Assembly: GCA_951406725.2 (NCBI GenBank) | Contig: OX597837.1 | Coordinates: 13,082,001 to 13,146,000 of the forward strand | From: Octopus vulgaris | Taxonomy: Eukaryota | DNA: 64,000 bases | Direction of reading: 5' to 3' | In this document: positions 29,001-38,320 of the stretch, piece after piece | Numbering within the stretch: the first letter of the stretch is position 1 | How the letters are laid out: each line of letters starts with the position of its first letter | Translations under genes and position numbers: made by a program | The notes under the pieces: model-generated | Told to the model about the DNA's origin: nothing | Databases searched by the model: none | Seen by the model: the letters and a program-made list of their open reading frames with translations, nothing else

Positions 29001-30535
29001 CAGGATTGTGCATTTTTGCAAGCTGAGTGGGCCGGAGCTATGTGAAATGAACTGTTTTGCTCAAGAACACAATGTGTTGCCTGGTCCAGGAATCGAAACC
29101 ATAATCTTACAATCATGATCCTAACACCCTAACCACTAAGCCATAAGCCTCCACACTCACAAGGCTTTGATCAGCCTTGGGCTTTTAGCAGAAGATACAT
29201 GCCAAAGGTGCCACTCAGTGGTGTTGAACCCAAAATCACAGAGTTGGGAAGTGAACTTCTTCAGCACTTGATACATCGTCATCATTGTTTAAGGTCCATC
29301 TTCCATGCATGCATGGGTAGGACGGTTGACAGGAGCCAGCCAGGTAGAAAAACTACCCTAGGCTACTGTGTCTGTTTCGACAGGGATTTTATGGTTGGAT
29401 GCCCTTCCTAACACCAACCACTCTGCAGGGTGGACTCAGTAATTTTTACGTGGCACTAACACAGGCAGGGTTAGTTTTGGCAAGATTTTGACATCTGGAT
29501 GCACTTCCAAACGCCAACCACGTTACAGTGTGCAGTAATTTATTTCCTGAATTTTTGGCAAATTTCTGAAAATTTTGGAAAATGTAAATGTAAAGATTTT
29601 ATATTCACAACAGTGATAGAGTGAAATGATTGTTGGTGAGTTAAGAGGATGTTGTGTGAGACACAGGGATAAGGAATTGCTTTCAGTCACCATTACAGAA
29701 TTATCTCCCTTGCCATAGCATTTGGTGCTCAATAGGTGAAGTTACCCAGCTGCAAATGGTGTTTTTTGGGGGGAGGTGAAATTACAGTACTGCTTGCAAC
29801 ATGATTGATAAAATGCTTTATTTACACTCATGGCCAAAACTTGCAATAGACTAACATCCTATCCAGGAGGAGGGGTATTTCTTGAAAACTGCAACACCTT
29901 CAAGCAAAAGTGGAGGAAGAAAAAAATGACATATACAAAAATAACTTAGATTTGTCATGGGCCCAAGTAGGCTTGAGCTTATCTCCATTTCCATGGGAAT
30001 GAGATTACAGCCCTTTACCCTGAATGGGGTGCCAGTCTGTTGCAGGGTCAACTCCTTGGTTACTACTGCAACTCATTTACAGCTCAAAGAACTGTAACAA
30101 TGTGAAATGAAGTGTTTTTGCTCAAAAACACAACATACCATCCCGAGCTGTAGAAACACTGCCACATCTGACTGGCCTGGTGCAGCCTTCGGGCTTCCCA
30201 GACCCCAGTTGAACCGTCCAACCCATGCTAGCATGGAAAGCGGACGTTAAACGATGATGATGATGATGATGATTTTACGATCATGAGTGTAACACCCTTA
30301 CCACTAGGCTGCAAAGCTTCATAGAAAAATAAGATATTCAAAAGAACATTTACCAAGCATGAGAGAAGTCTTGTAAACCTTCAAGAGAATGTTCTGGATT
30401 GTTAAAGATGGATTTGTCAATGGTTAACGTTCCACGAGCCTGTTGACATATTCCAGCTTGCCGAGGAGTTCCATTCTTAAACTTGAACAATGTCTGCATG
30501 TATCCGATAGTCTGCATTGTGTCAGGAACAGATTT
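26043..30535 (-). CDS. TRMO: tRNA (adenine(37)-N6)-methyltransferase TRMO (TsaA/YaeB family); first exon uncertain
   Basis: Exons 30354-30535, 28298-28455 and 26043-27451 splice in phase: IGYMQTLFKFKNGTPRQ...IFNNPEHSLEGLQDFSHAW|IIFVFHKN..KAKVRPPRLDG..GLFATRAPYRPNPIGLTLAK|..SGIDLLDGTPVLDVKPYIPQYD. C-terminal ILSEDPRSVYRR..CKDSLYYFSVDKVHVTCWF. These are hallmark TrmO motifs. AATAAA on the minus strand at about 26005-26010. Confidence 0.95.
26470..26760 (-). repeat. Coding 30-bp (10-aa) tandem repeat in TRMO
   Basis: STPLTTTQVD / STPLTTAQVD / STPLTKTQVD / FTPLTTTPSE and further degenerate copies. Confidence 0.85.
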
Positions 30536-31793
30536 CTGAGGAAGACAAATAAAAATAAATTACGAAATTTTCTTTTTCTTTTGTTCCTACTGTAGACAGA
30601 AGGCCAGAAATTTTGGAGGATTGGGAATAGTTAAATGTGAGGATGGGGACAGGGTCAGCTTCAGGTAAATGAATAAGGGTTTTAACTATGGGATAATAAT
30701 TCTAAGACTAAAACCAGTGTGACAAGGTGTGACCAATGAATTACTGGTACAATCCAGTTGATGACCTTCTACATAGTTTGTCAAAACTTACATTCACTAA
30801 CAAGCCTTGGGTCACTCAAAGATCTGGTAAATACACTTGTCCAAGATGGCCCAGTGGGATGGAACCCGGGGTCTTATGGTTGTGGAGTGAATTTCTTAGT
30901 GTTTAGTCATGCCTACGTCCACAGAGTATAAGGACATAATTAATACAACCAGGTATTTTGTCAGGCACCCTACATCATCATTTTAATGTTCACATTGCCA
31001 GGGTTGGACGGAATTCCTTGAGGCAGATTTTCTATGGCTGTCTGCCCTTCCTGTCACCAAACAAGGAAATATTTCCCCACATCCAGAGTTGTCTTTGCAA
31101 AATATTGGAATTGAATGACACTCACTTACAACTACCATCTGCTGTTAAAGCATGGACACACACACACACACGTGGCGGTATTCAACATTACGCATATATC
31201 CCCTCAGAACGATTCTTTTATTTTCTGGAATTTTCAGAAAATTTTCCCGAATTTGGGTTCTACACACGGGAATTCATAAGAACTATGCAACCCCATCCCA
31301 CAATATTTTTTGTGATTGAAGGGGTATTTAGCTGTTATTTTTAGCACATCTCACGACCACCTCATACCGTCCTCGTTTGTTTATCAGTCTTACGTGTTGA
31401 TATCTTTCTCCAGATAAACACATTTAACGGTCTATTGCCGCAATTTACACCCCACAAAAATCAGTCCGTAATTGTGATTAAACATTTGTATTTTTTAATT
31501 TCGAAAAATTGAAAAAAAAAACAGAAGTTTTTTTCATAGTCATATGAATTCCCGTGAGTAGAAAACAAAATTCACAAAGTTTCTGAAAATTTCCCCAAAA
31601 TAATAAAGCTATGAGTGGGTTATATGGGGTGCTTAAAGTAATTCTGCCCCGACAAACATAACGAAAACAATTATTAATCACATTTAAGCGCTAATCTTGG
31701 ATATAAGGATCTGATTGCTACGGAATTTTTTAAAAAAATAACTGCAGATAATTCTCGTAATTATATTTTTTCTGTATGAACGAAATACATTAC

Positions 31794-31805
31794 CTCTGTC
31801 ATCAT
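31794..31805 (-). CDS. TRMO: Candidate first coding mini-exon of TRMO (MMTE)
   Basis: ATG ATG ACA GAG|gtaatg is phase 0, matching the phase-0 acceptor at 30535, and lies at the edge of a CpG-richer zone. Alternatives are ATG GCA CAA GCA CAG|gtgag near 36089-36103, or the internal Met (MQTIG) within the 30354-30535 exon. Confidence 0.35.
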
Positions 31806-31855
31806 CAATTAAAAGTAAATTGTGGGATCGTATATATATATATAGTTTGGATGAA

Positions 31856-32251
31856 TATCCTCACTTTTACGATCCTGAATTTAACTAGGGAAAGCAGGAG
31901 TCCTGCGAGGTTTTACAGCAACTAAAATGCCATTTCCGAATGTGTAGTGAAATATTATAAATGCAAGCCAAATAAGAATCAATTAGCTAGATATTGGTCA
32001 GGTCGGCTTTCCGAACCGTTCGCATGCCACAACTGTTTACGAATTCAAATGATGTTTTGTGCACCGATCAACACAATGAATATCTTATTTCGGAATATAT
32101 ATACCTCATCAAAATCTTTCCATTATCTCGTTTGAGCCAACAACAGTAATTTTTGCGCGTGGAAGTCCTGCTATATAGAACAATTCAGGACCATGGTGGT
32201 ACAGTCAAAAAAAGGGTTGATTTTGAATTTAGGACCGTAAAAGTGAGGATA
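31856..32251. mobile_element. MITE-like element with about 25-bp TIRs
   Basis: TATCCTCACTTTTACGATCCTGAATT vs AATTTAGGACCGTAAAAGTGAGGATA; no clear TSD. Confidence 0.5.
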
Positions 32252-32261
32252 CCCTATTATT

Positions 32262-32311
<50 letters not shown>

Positions 32312-32754
32312 GTGAAGTTTATAATAGATAGAGCAAGGTGCGTCAGGTGCGAGGGCCGCTTAAGTAAATGAGAATGTAAGAGGAGATCACAAGAGATGGA
32401 AGATAGAAAGAAGATTTTAGAATGAGAATGGAAAGATTGTGGAAATGAAGAGAATAGTATTGAAGGGAGAGAGAAATAAAAAGAAAAGCAGAGATACAGA
32501 AAAAGAATGGGAAACTGCAAGAAAGGATAAAAGAATAACAGAAAAAAAAAGAGAAAATGAAACCGTGAAAGGAAAGAAATAAAATGAAAAGAAGGATTTC
32601 GTTTTTGGATTTGGTTTGCAAGATTCTTTATATGAGTTTGTGTGTTGAAGCATATTCTGTTGTGTCTGGGGAGAGTCGTTTTCTTTTTGTGCCTTATTAT
32701 TTAACACACTCACCAGTAAAATTTCCACGTTTTTCTTATTTTTATGTATTTATT

Positions 32755-33150
32755 TGGCGTGGCTGTGTGGTAAGTAGCTTGTTTACCAACCACATGGTTC
32801 CGGGTTCAGTCCCACTGCGTGGCACCTTGGGCAAGTGTCTTCTACTATAGCCTCGGGCCAACAAAAGCCTTGTGAGTGGATTTGGTAGATGGAAACTGAA
32901 AGAAGCCCGTCGTATATATGTATATATATATATATGTATGTGTGTGTGTTTGTGTGTCTGTGTTTGTCCCCCTAGCATTGCTTGACAACCGATGCTGGTG
33001 TGTTTATGTCCCCGTCAGTTAGCGGTTCGGCAAAAAACAGGTCGATAGAATAAGTACTGGGCTTACAAAGAATAAGTGCCGGGGTCGAGTTGCTCGATTA
33101 AAGGCGGTGCTCCAGCATGGCCGCAGTCAAATGACTGAAACAAGTAAAAA
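32755..33150 (+). mobile_element. tRNA-derived SINE family A (representative). Other near-full copies at about 4200-4612, 34165-34572, 38770-39155, 39435-39838, 40620-41037, 51572-51999, 61450-61857 (all -) and 44230-44620 (+)
   Basis: Head GGCTGTGTGGTAAGTAGC...GGTTCAGTCCC (A/B boxes), internal (TA)n(TG)n, tail ...GACTGAAACAAGTAAAAGA; high mutual identity. Confidence 0.85.
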
Positions 33151-33474
33151 AGTAAGGAAAAAGTGGAAATTTTACCGGTGAGTGTGTTACATTATAAGGC
33201 ACAAAAAGAAAATGACTCTCCCCAGACACAACAGAAAAGAAGGATTGTTTCTTTTAAAAAATAAGAAAGATAATGGGCGCAGGCATAGCTGAAGAAGCTC
33301 ACTTTGCAACCATGTGGTTTCGGTATCGGTTCCAGCACATGACACCCTGGATCAGTGAGTTCTACTCCGATCACTCTACCAAGCCCTGTGAGTAGATTTG
33401 CTTTGCAAGTGTATGGTTTTGTGTCTGTGTTTGTCCCTCTCCACCGCTTGACAACCGGTGTAACGTTGGGATCT

Positions 33475-33784
33475 TTTCCTTTTGATAGCCAGATTTCAAC
33501 ACAATTTCTAGTTAACTAAACACTTTAAAACTTCGTATACTGGTAGAATGTGTCAAAAGAAAACATTATTTTCACTTGACGTTTTTGATAAATTTGTAAT
33601 TCGTTTGTTTAACGTAGTTTAATTTTTCGAATTTTAACCAATCCTATTACAAATTACAAATTTACAAATTTATCAAAAAAGCCAAGTGAAAATAATTTCT
33701 TTTGACACATTCTACCACTATACGAAGTTTTAAAGTGTTTAGTTAACTAGAAATTGTGTTGAAATCTGGCTATCAAAAGGAAAG
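33475..33784. mobile_element. Foldback / palindromic MITE with about 125-bp inverted arms, inserted in a SINE
   Basis: CTTTTCCTTTTGATAGCCAGATTTCAACACAATTTCTAGTTAACTAAACAC... is mirrored at 33655-33784. Confidence 0.75.
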
Positions 33785-35365
33785 TTTACACTCCCGTAAC
33801 CTAGGGGTTCGTCAAAAGAAAACGATGGAATAAGTACCAAACTTTACAAAAATAAGTACTGAGGTCGATTTGTATGACCGAAACCCTTTACGGTGGTGCC
33901 CCAGGATGACCGCAGCCCAATGTCTGAAACTAGTAAAAGATAAAGAAAGATATAGAGACGTAATAAAAATGGAGGTGGGGAATAAAATGGATTGACTGAT
34001 TAAAGGAAAGAAATAATGACGAATGTAAAAATCTGAAATGGCTTTTCTGAATTACTGAAACGAATAGATGAATGCTCCAAAATGGGTAAATCATGCGCCC
34101 CGATCATTTTCTATTTTTCCCCAAATGATCTTCAGATTTCTGTGTTTTGAAAACCGACTGTACAATACTCTTTTACTTGTTTCAGTCATTTTGGCTGTGG
34201 CCATGCTGGAGCACCGCCCTTAGTCGACCAAATCGACCCCAGGACTTATTCTTTGTAAGCCTAGTACTTATTCTATCAGTCTCTTTTGCTGAACCGCTAA
34301 GTTACGGTGACGTAAACACACCAGCATCGGTTGTCAAGCGATGTTGGGAGGGGGGGACAAACAGACACACGAACATATATACACTCACATACATATCTAT
34401 ACATATATACGATGGGCTCCTTTCAGTTTCCGTCTACCAAATCCACTCACAAGGCATTGGTCGGCCCAAGGCTATAGAAGAAGACACTTGCCCAAGGTGC
34501 TACGCAGTGGGACTGAACCGGGAACCATGTGGTTGGTAAGCAAGCTACTTACAACACAGCCACTCCTACGCCTGCTATATCTATAATTAACATTACTTTC
34601 ATTATTTTGTAACCCTTTTAGAACTGTCTTATCTGTCATTCCTTTCTATCTTTCTCATAAACCCAATCACAAAATCCGTTTATGTCCATCTAACCTTCTT
34701 GCTCTATATACACATTTACAATATGAATGCATCATTTAAATAGTGCGGCTAACCGGCTTCCGTGTCACTGGCACGTAAAAGGCACCATTCGAGTGTGACC
34801 GTTACCAGCGTCGCCTTATTGGCACTTGTGCCCCTGCTAGTAGGGTGCCAAGAGCACCATCTGAGCGTGATCGTTGCCAGAGCGGCTAATTGGCTTCCGT
34901 GTCGGTGGCATGTAAAATACACCATTCGAGCGTGATCGTTACCAGCATCGCCTAACTGGCACCTGTGCCTGTGACATGTGTAAAAAGATTCGAGCGAGGT
35001 CGTTGCCAGTACCGCCTGACTGCCCCCCGTGCCGGTGGCATGTAAAAAGCACCCACTGCACTGTGGTTGGCGTTAGGGAGGGCATCCAGCTGTAGAAACT
35101 CTGCCAGATCAGATTGGAGTCTGGTTCGCCAGACCTCAGTCAAATCGTCCAACCCATGCTAGCATGGAAAGCAGACGTTAAACGATAATGATGATGATGA
35201 TTTAAAATACTGCCTGGATTTACCAACCGACATCCATATCCTTTGGAAAAAGATGAGTTGTGAACTATATTCTCCTGCCTATATTCTAATTACCTTTACT
35301 CATTATTCTTCTGTTTTAATCTTTATAAACTGTAAATTTTTCTGCATCTAAAATATTTATAACTT

Positions 35366-35441
35366 GTCTCTGATGATGGAATACCCAGTGCATGGACATG
35401 ATAACCTACCACTTGGGTTATCCCAGAAACGGCTGTAAGAC
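35366..35441 (+). ncRNA. Minimal type I hammerhead ribozyme motif (Penelope-like)
   Basis: GTCT-CTGATGA-[TGGAATACCCAGTG...CACTTGGGTTATCCCA]-GAAA-CGGCTG-TA-AGAC. Stems I and II pair, all core nucleotides are present, and predicted cleavage is after GUA at 35437. Confidence 0.7.
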
Positions 35442-36227
35442 TTCAAATTGACCTTACCATAATTAAAATATTCTAAATGACTTGAGATACTCGTTCTGCC
35501 TTGGTTTTTATTTTCCCTCTAATATGATATATATACGGCAGGCTTTTTTCGGTTTCTGTCTACTAAATCCACTCACAAGGATTTGGTCGGTGCCACGCAG
35601 TGGGACCGAAACCAGGACCATGCGGTTGGGAAGCAAGTTTATCACACAGCCACGCCTGCGCCTATGGATATCTTTTAAAAAACATTTTCAGCAAATGTTT
35701 CAGATTATGCAGATTATGATTATGTTGCCATTTGATGGGAAAAAAGGGGGGGGTTATTCACATGCCTCGACTTTGTTTCCTCATATGTTTTGACGAGGTG
35801 ACAGAACCATCTGCTCCATCCCTCCAAATTATTTTATTACATCAAATTCTTATATAATTGTAATCTACACCATCAGAAAGGTGTATTTTGAAAAAAATTG
35901 AACAGTATTGGTTTTTTCAGAAAGATATGAGGAAATAAAGTCGGGGAAAGCGGTTTTGCATGAAGCAAAAAAAATGAAAGGAAGAAAAATATTCGTTGAA
36001 ATGGTTCTTGATTTTATTGTTACAATGTAAGACACTTCTAGTTGTTGTACACAGATTATTTGTAGATCCTTGCCAAAACTGACCTCACCTGTGCTTGTGC
36101 CATGTCTTCTTCTTCCTGTCTTGAGACAGCATTCACCCGGGGTGGGTTGAGCTGGCTTCATTCATCCTCATTGCTGCATCTCTCACAAACGCCGACCAGG
36201 CCTGGCCATTTGAGGCCAACGACCGCC

Positions 36228-36382
36228 TGTGTTTCTGTGTGTTATTTACTTTGTTTAACAAAAATTATTTTCTTTATATTTTATTTACTTTGCTTGATAG
36301 TCGTTGTAGGATCGACTAGTCACGACTAGCTAGCGCGGATGCGCGACTACGCGCACCGGGACCACTCTTCTCAAGTAGTACC
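36228..36382 (-). mobile_element. Solo end of the same Merlin-like family
   Basis: Reverse complement reads GGTACTACTTGAGAAGAGTGGTCCCGG...CTAGTCGATCCTAC..GCAAAGTAAATAAAA..TTTTTGTTAAACAAAGTAAATAACACAC, colinear with the 36660 element. Confidence 0.6.
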
Positions 36383-36659
36383 ATAACTTTTTTATCTTGT
36401 ATTTCAAACTATCGAACTGTATTTCTTACAACATGCATTGTCTTGGTTCTACTAAAACCGTGGGGAGACCGAACAAAGCTTTGTGAGATCTGGCAGACGG
36501 AGTCTGAAAGAAGCCCATCGCGCGCGCGCGTGCGTTTGTGCCTACCACCGGTTAACCGGCGCTGGTTTGTTCACACCCCCGCAACCATAGCGGTTCGGGA
36601 AAAGAGACCGACAGAATAACTGCCAGGCTTTTAACCAAGAAAAAAACCAAAAAACAAAA

Positions 36660-37086
36660 GGTACTGCTTGAGAACAGTGGTCCCGTTGCGCGCACTCGCA
36701 CTCGCACTAGCTAGTCGTAACTAGTCGATCCTACGACTACCTAGCAAAGTAAATAAAACACAAAATAAATAATTTGGCACTGTCATGCGTAACTTCGGTA
36801 TAGGTACCGGAAGTACATTTCAAGAAAGTGTTTTTTTTTAAAAATATATATATATGGAGGGCTAGGGTTAGGGATGGGAGAAAAGGGTTTCTGTTATCTT
36901 CAGAAATGTAAACAAAGCCACTTCCGGTACGTACAGTACTTATACCGAAGGATCGCCATTTTTGTTAAACAAAGTAAAATAACACACAAAAACACAAAGT
37001 AAGGATCGACTAGTCATGACTAGCCAGCGCGGATGCGGGGGGGTACGCGAGTGCGCGCACCGGGACCACTGTTCTCAAGTAGTACC
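36660..37086. mobile_element. Merlin-like MITE with about 75-bp TIRs, inserted in a SINE and carrying a nested MITE
   Basis: TIRs GGTACTGCTTGAGAACAGTGGTCCCG... / ...CGGGACCACTGTTCTCAAGTAGTACC. Flanks aaaacaaaa / caaacaaaa give an 8-9-bp TSD-like duplication. SINE sequence resumes on both sides. Confidence 0.7.
36776..36957. mobile_element. Small MITE (GGC...GCC ends, ATTT-like 4-bp duplication) nested in the Merlin-like MITE
   Basis: Sub-terminal inverted repeats CTTCGGTATA..GTACCGGAAGT / ACTTCCGGTAC..TATACCGAAG. The segment is absent from the related end copy at 36228-36382. Confidence 0.55.
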
Positions 37087-37171
37087 CAAACAAAAAACGT
37101 ACCGGGGTCGGTTTGTTCGACTACAACCCTTCAAGGTGGTGTTCCAGCATGGCCGCAGTGCAATGCCTGAA

Positions 37172-37223
<52 letters not shown>

Positions 37224-37283
37224 GGTCTTATTTTTGTGAGTTCTGTCTTCGTGTTCGCATCACCGAACGGTAAACTGGAATGG

Positions 37284-37859
37284 TTATTGCATCGGGTAAT
37301 AATCCCTGATGCATCTGATGAAAGACACGAAAAGGCTTTGTCGGTGGAACTGACGCCACGTGTATTCTTCGTTTATCTCCAAGACAGCTCCGTTTTCGTC
37401 AGTCCGATGGTCGTAACACCACATGGAACAAATACCTTTGAAATACTTGAACCAGTTGACAATGGCTTCGGTGCCAATACCAACTTGTCTCCTGATCACA
37501 GACTGTTTACAGTCGATTTCTACCCACCAAAACATAAGTTCAACGAGACGAGGCAACGGCACGCAAGAACCGGAAAAGAAGGAATCGCGCCGGATACTTC
37601 GATATCTCTTGCACACGCAACAACTCCAAGCTTTTCCGTCCGAGAAATTCTGCCGGATAACGAAATGCATCGGCTGGTTGCAGCACACCGCTGAATTGTG
37701 AATTAATCCCAATGAAGCAACAAACTCAATCGTAGATTCAATATCACGAGTTATGCAGTGAATATCCCGTAGAAGATAATCCCTTTCACTGAGTTGTTGA
37801 TCATCCATTACGACCTCCACAATTCTGACGGGAGCCTTGGGTCGGCCGCGTACAGCCAT
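37284..37859 (-). CDS. Intronless 191-aa protein derived from a Merlin/IS1595 (ISXO2-like) transposase, lacking the DDE catalytic core
   Basis: Open frame from ATG to TAA. N-terminal Zn-ribbon/HTH region typical of Merlin: IEFVASLGLI..CCNQPM..SDGKAWSCCVCKRYRSIRRDSFFSGS..L..IVNWFKYFKGIC..GAVLEINE (family motif VEIDE). This is joined directly to the family C-terminal helix EYTWRQ..LF..FIRCIRDYYP (family motif EFMWR..F..I...YP). Confidence 0.75.
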   Translation of the reverse strand: MAVRGRPKAPVRIVEVVMDDQQLSERDYLLRDIHCITRDIESTIEFVASLGLIHNSAVCCNQPMHFVIRQNFSDGKAWSCCVCKRYRSIRRDSFFSGSCVPLPRLVELMFWWVEIDCKQSVIRRQVGIGTEAIVNWFKYFKGICSMWCYDHRTDENGAVLEINEEYTWRQFHRQSLFVSFIRCIRDYYPMQ

Positions 37860-38049
37860 CTTTCTTTCGGATCTTGTACATGAATTAAATGTTTCGTTTC
37901 ATTGGCGATTATTGCCGGTTATTAACGATTATAAAATTTTCTTTTACTTTTGTTAATTTTGATTTTGTTCCCCATTTATTTTTAGTCCATCAATTATGAA
38001 TAAAATGAGAAAGATCAACAAATAAAAAAAAACATTCAAATATTTCCCC

Positions 38050-38320
38050 CATTACCGCCTAATTCTGTCGTCTGATATCTGCTGCCATGGTTACAGTTTA
38101 CTATGGCGGTGAAAAATGGAGATTTCGATTGTATTTTATTAATTGAAAATGCTGGTTCCAAATACTGACGAGGACAAAACGTTTTGATAGAAATTTTGAA
38201 AGAATCGAAATTCAAAATAAACTCGATGAAATATTTTTAAAAGTACATTTAATATAAATTTAACAACCGCCCAAAAAAACTTCTGTTCGTAAACAAATTT
38301 AGAAGATTACTTTATAACAG
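38050..38320 (+). promoter_or_regulatory. Probable non-coding first exon / 5' UTR of the CCDC87-like gene, ending in a GC-type donor; bidirectional promoter region
   Basis: CAG|GCAAGT at 38320/38321 is a consensus GC-AG donor. The next acceptor (40428) lies 5 nt before the ATG. YY1-like ATGGCGG at 38103; uORF 38103-38168. CpG-retaining context. The Merlin-derived ORF starts about 200 bp away on the opposite strand. Confidence 0.45.

Noticed and set aside
32105-32170. Exon-like segment upstream of TRMO
   Set aside because: Has a stop in the frame needed for TRMO and lies inside a MITE-like element; at most a UTR exon.
37113-37694. 193-aa plus-strand ORF
   Set aside because: Starts in a SINE and microsatellite, and is the antisense shadow of the Merlin-derived ORF.
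38103-38239. TGA-interrupted frame (possible selenoprotein)
   Set aside because: No Sec-type motif or SECIS seen; better explained as a uORF in a 5' UTR.
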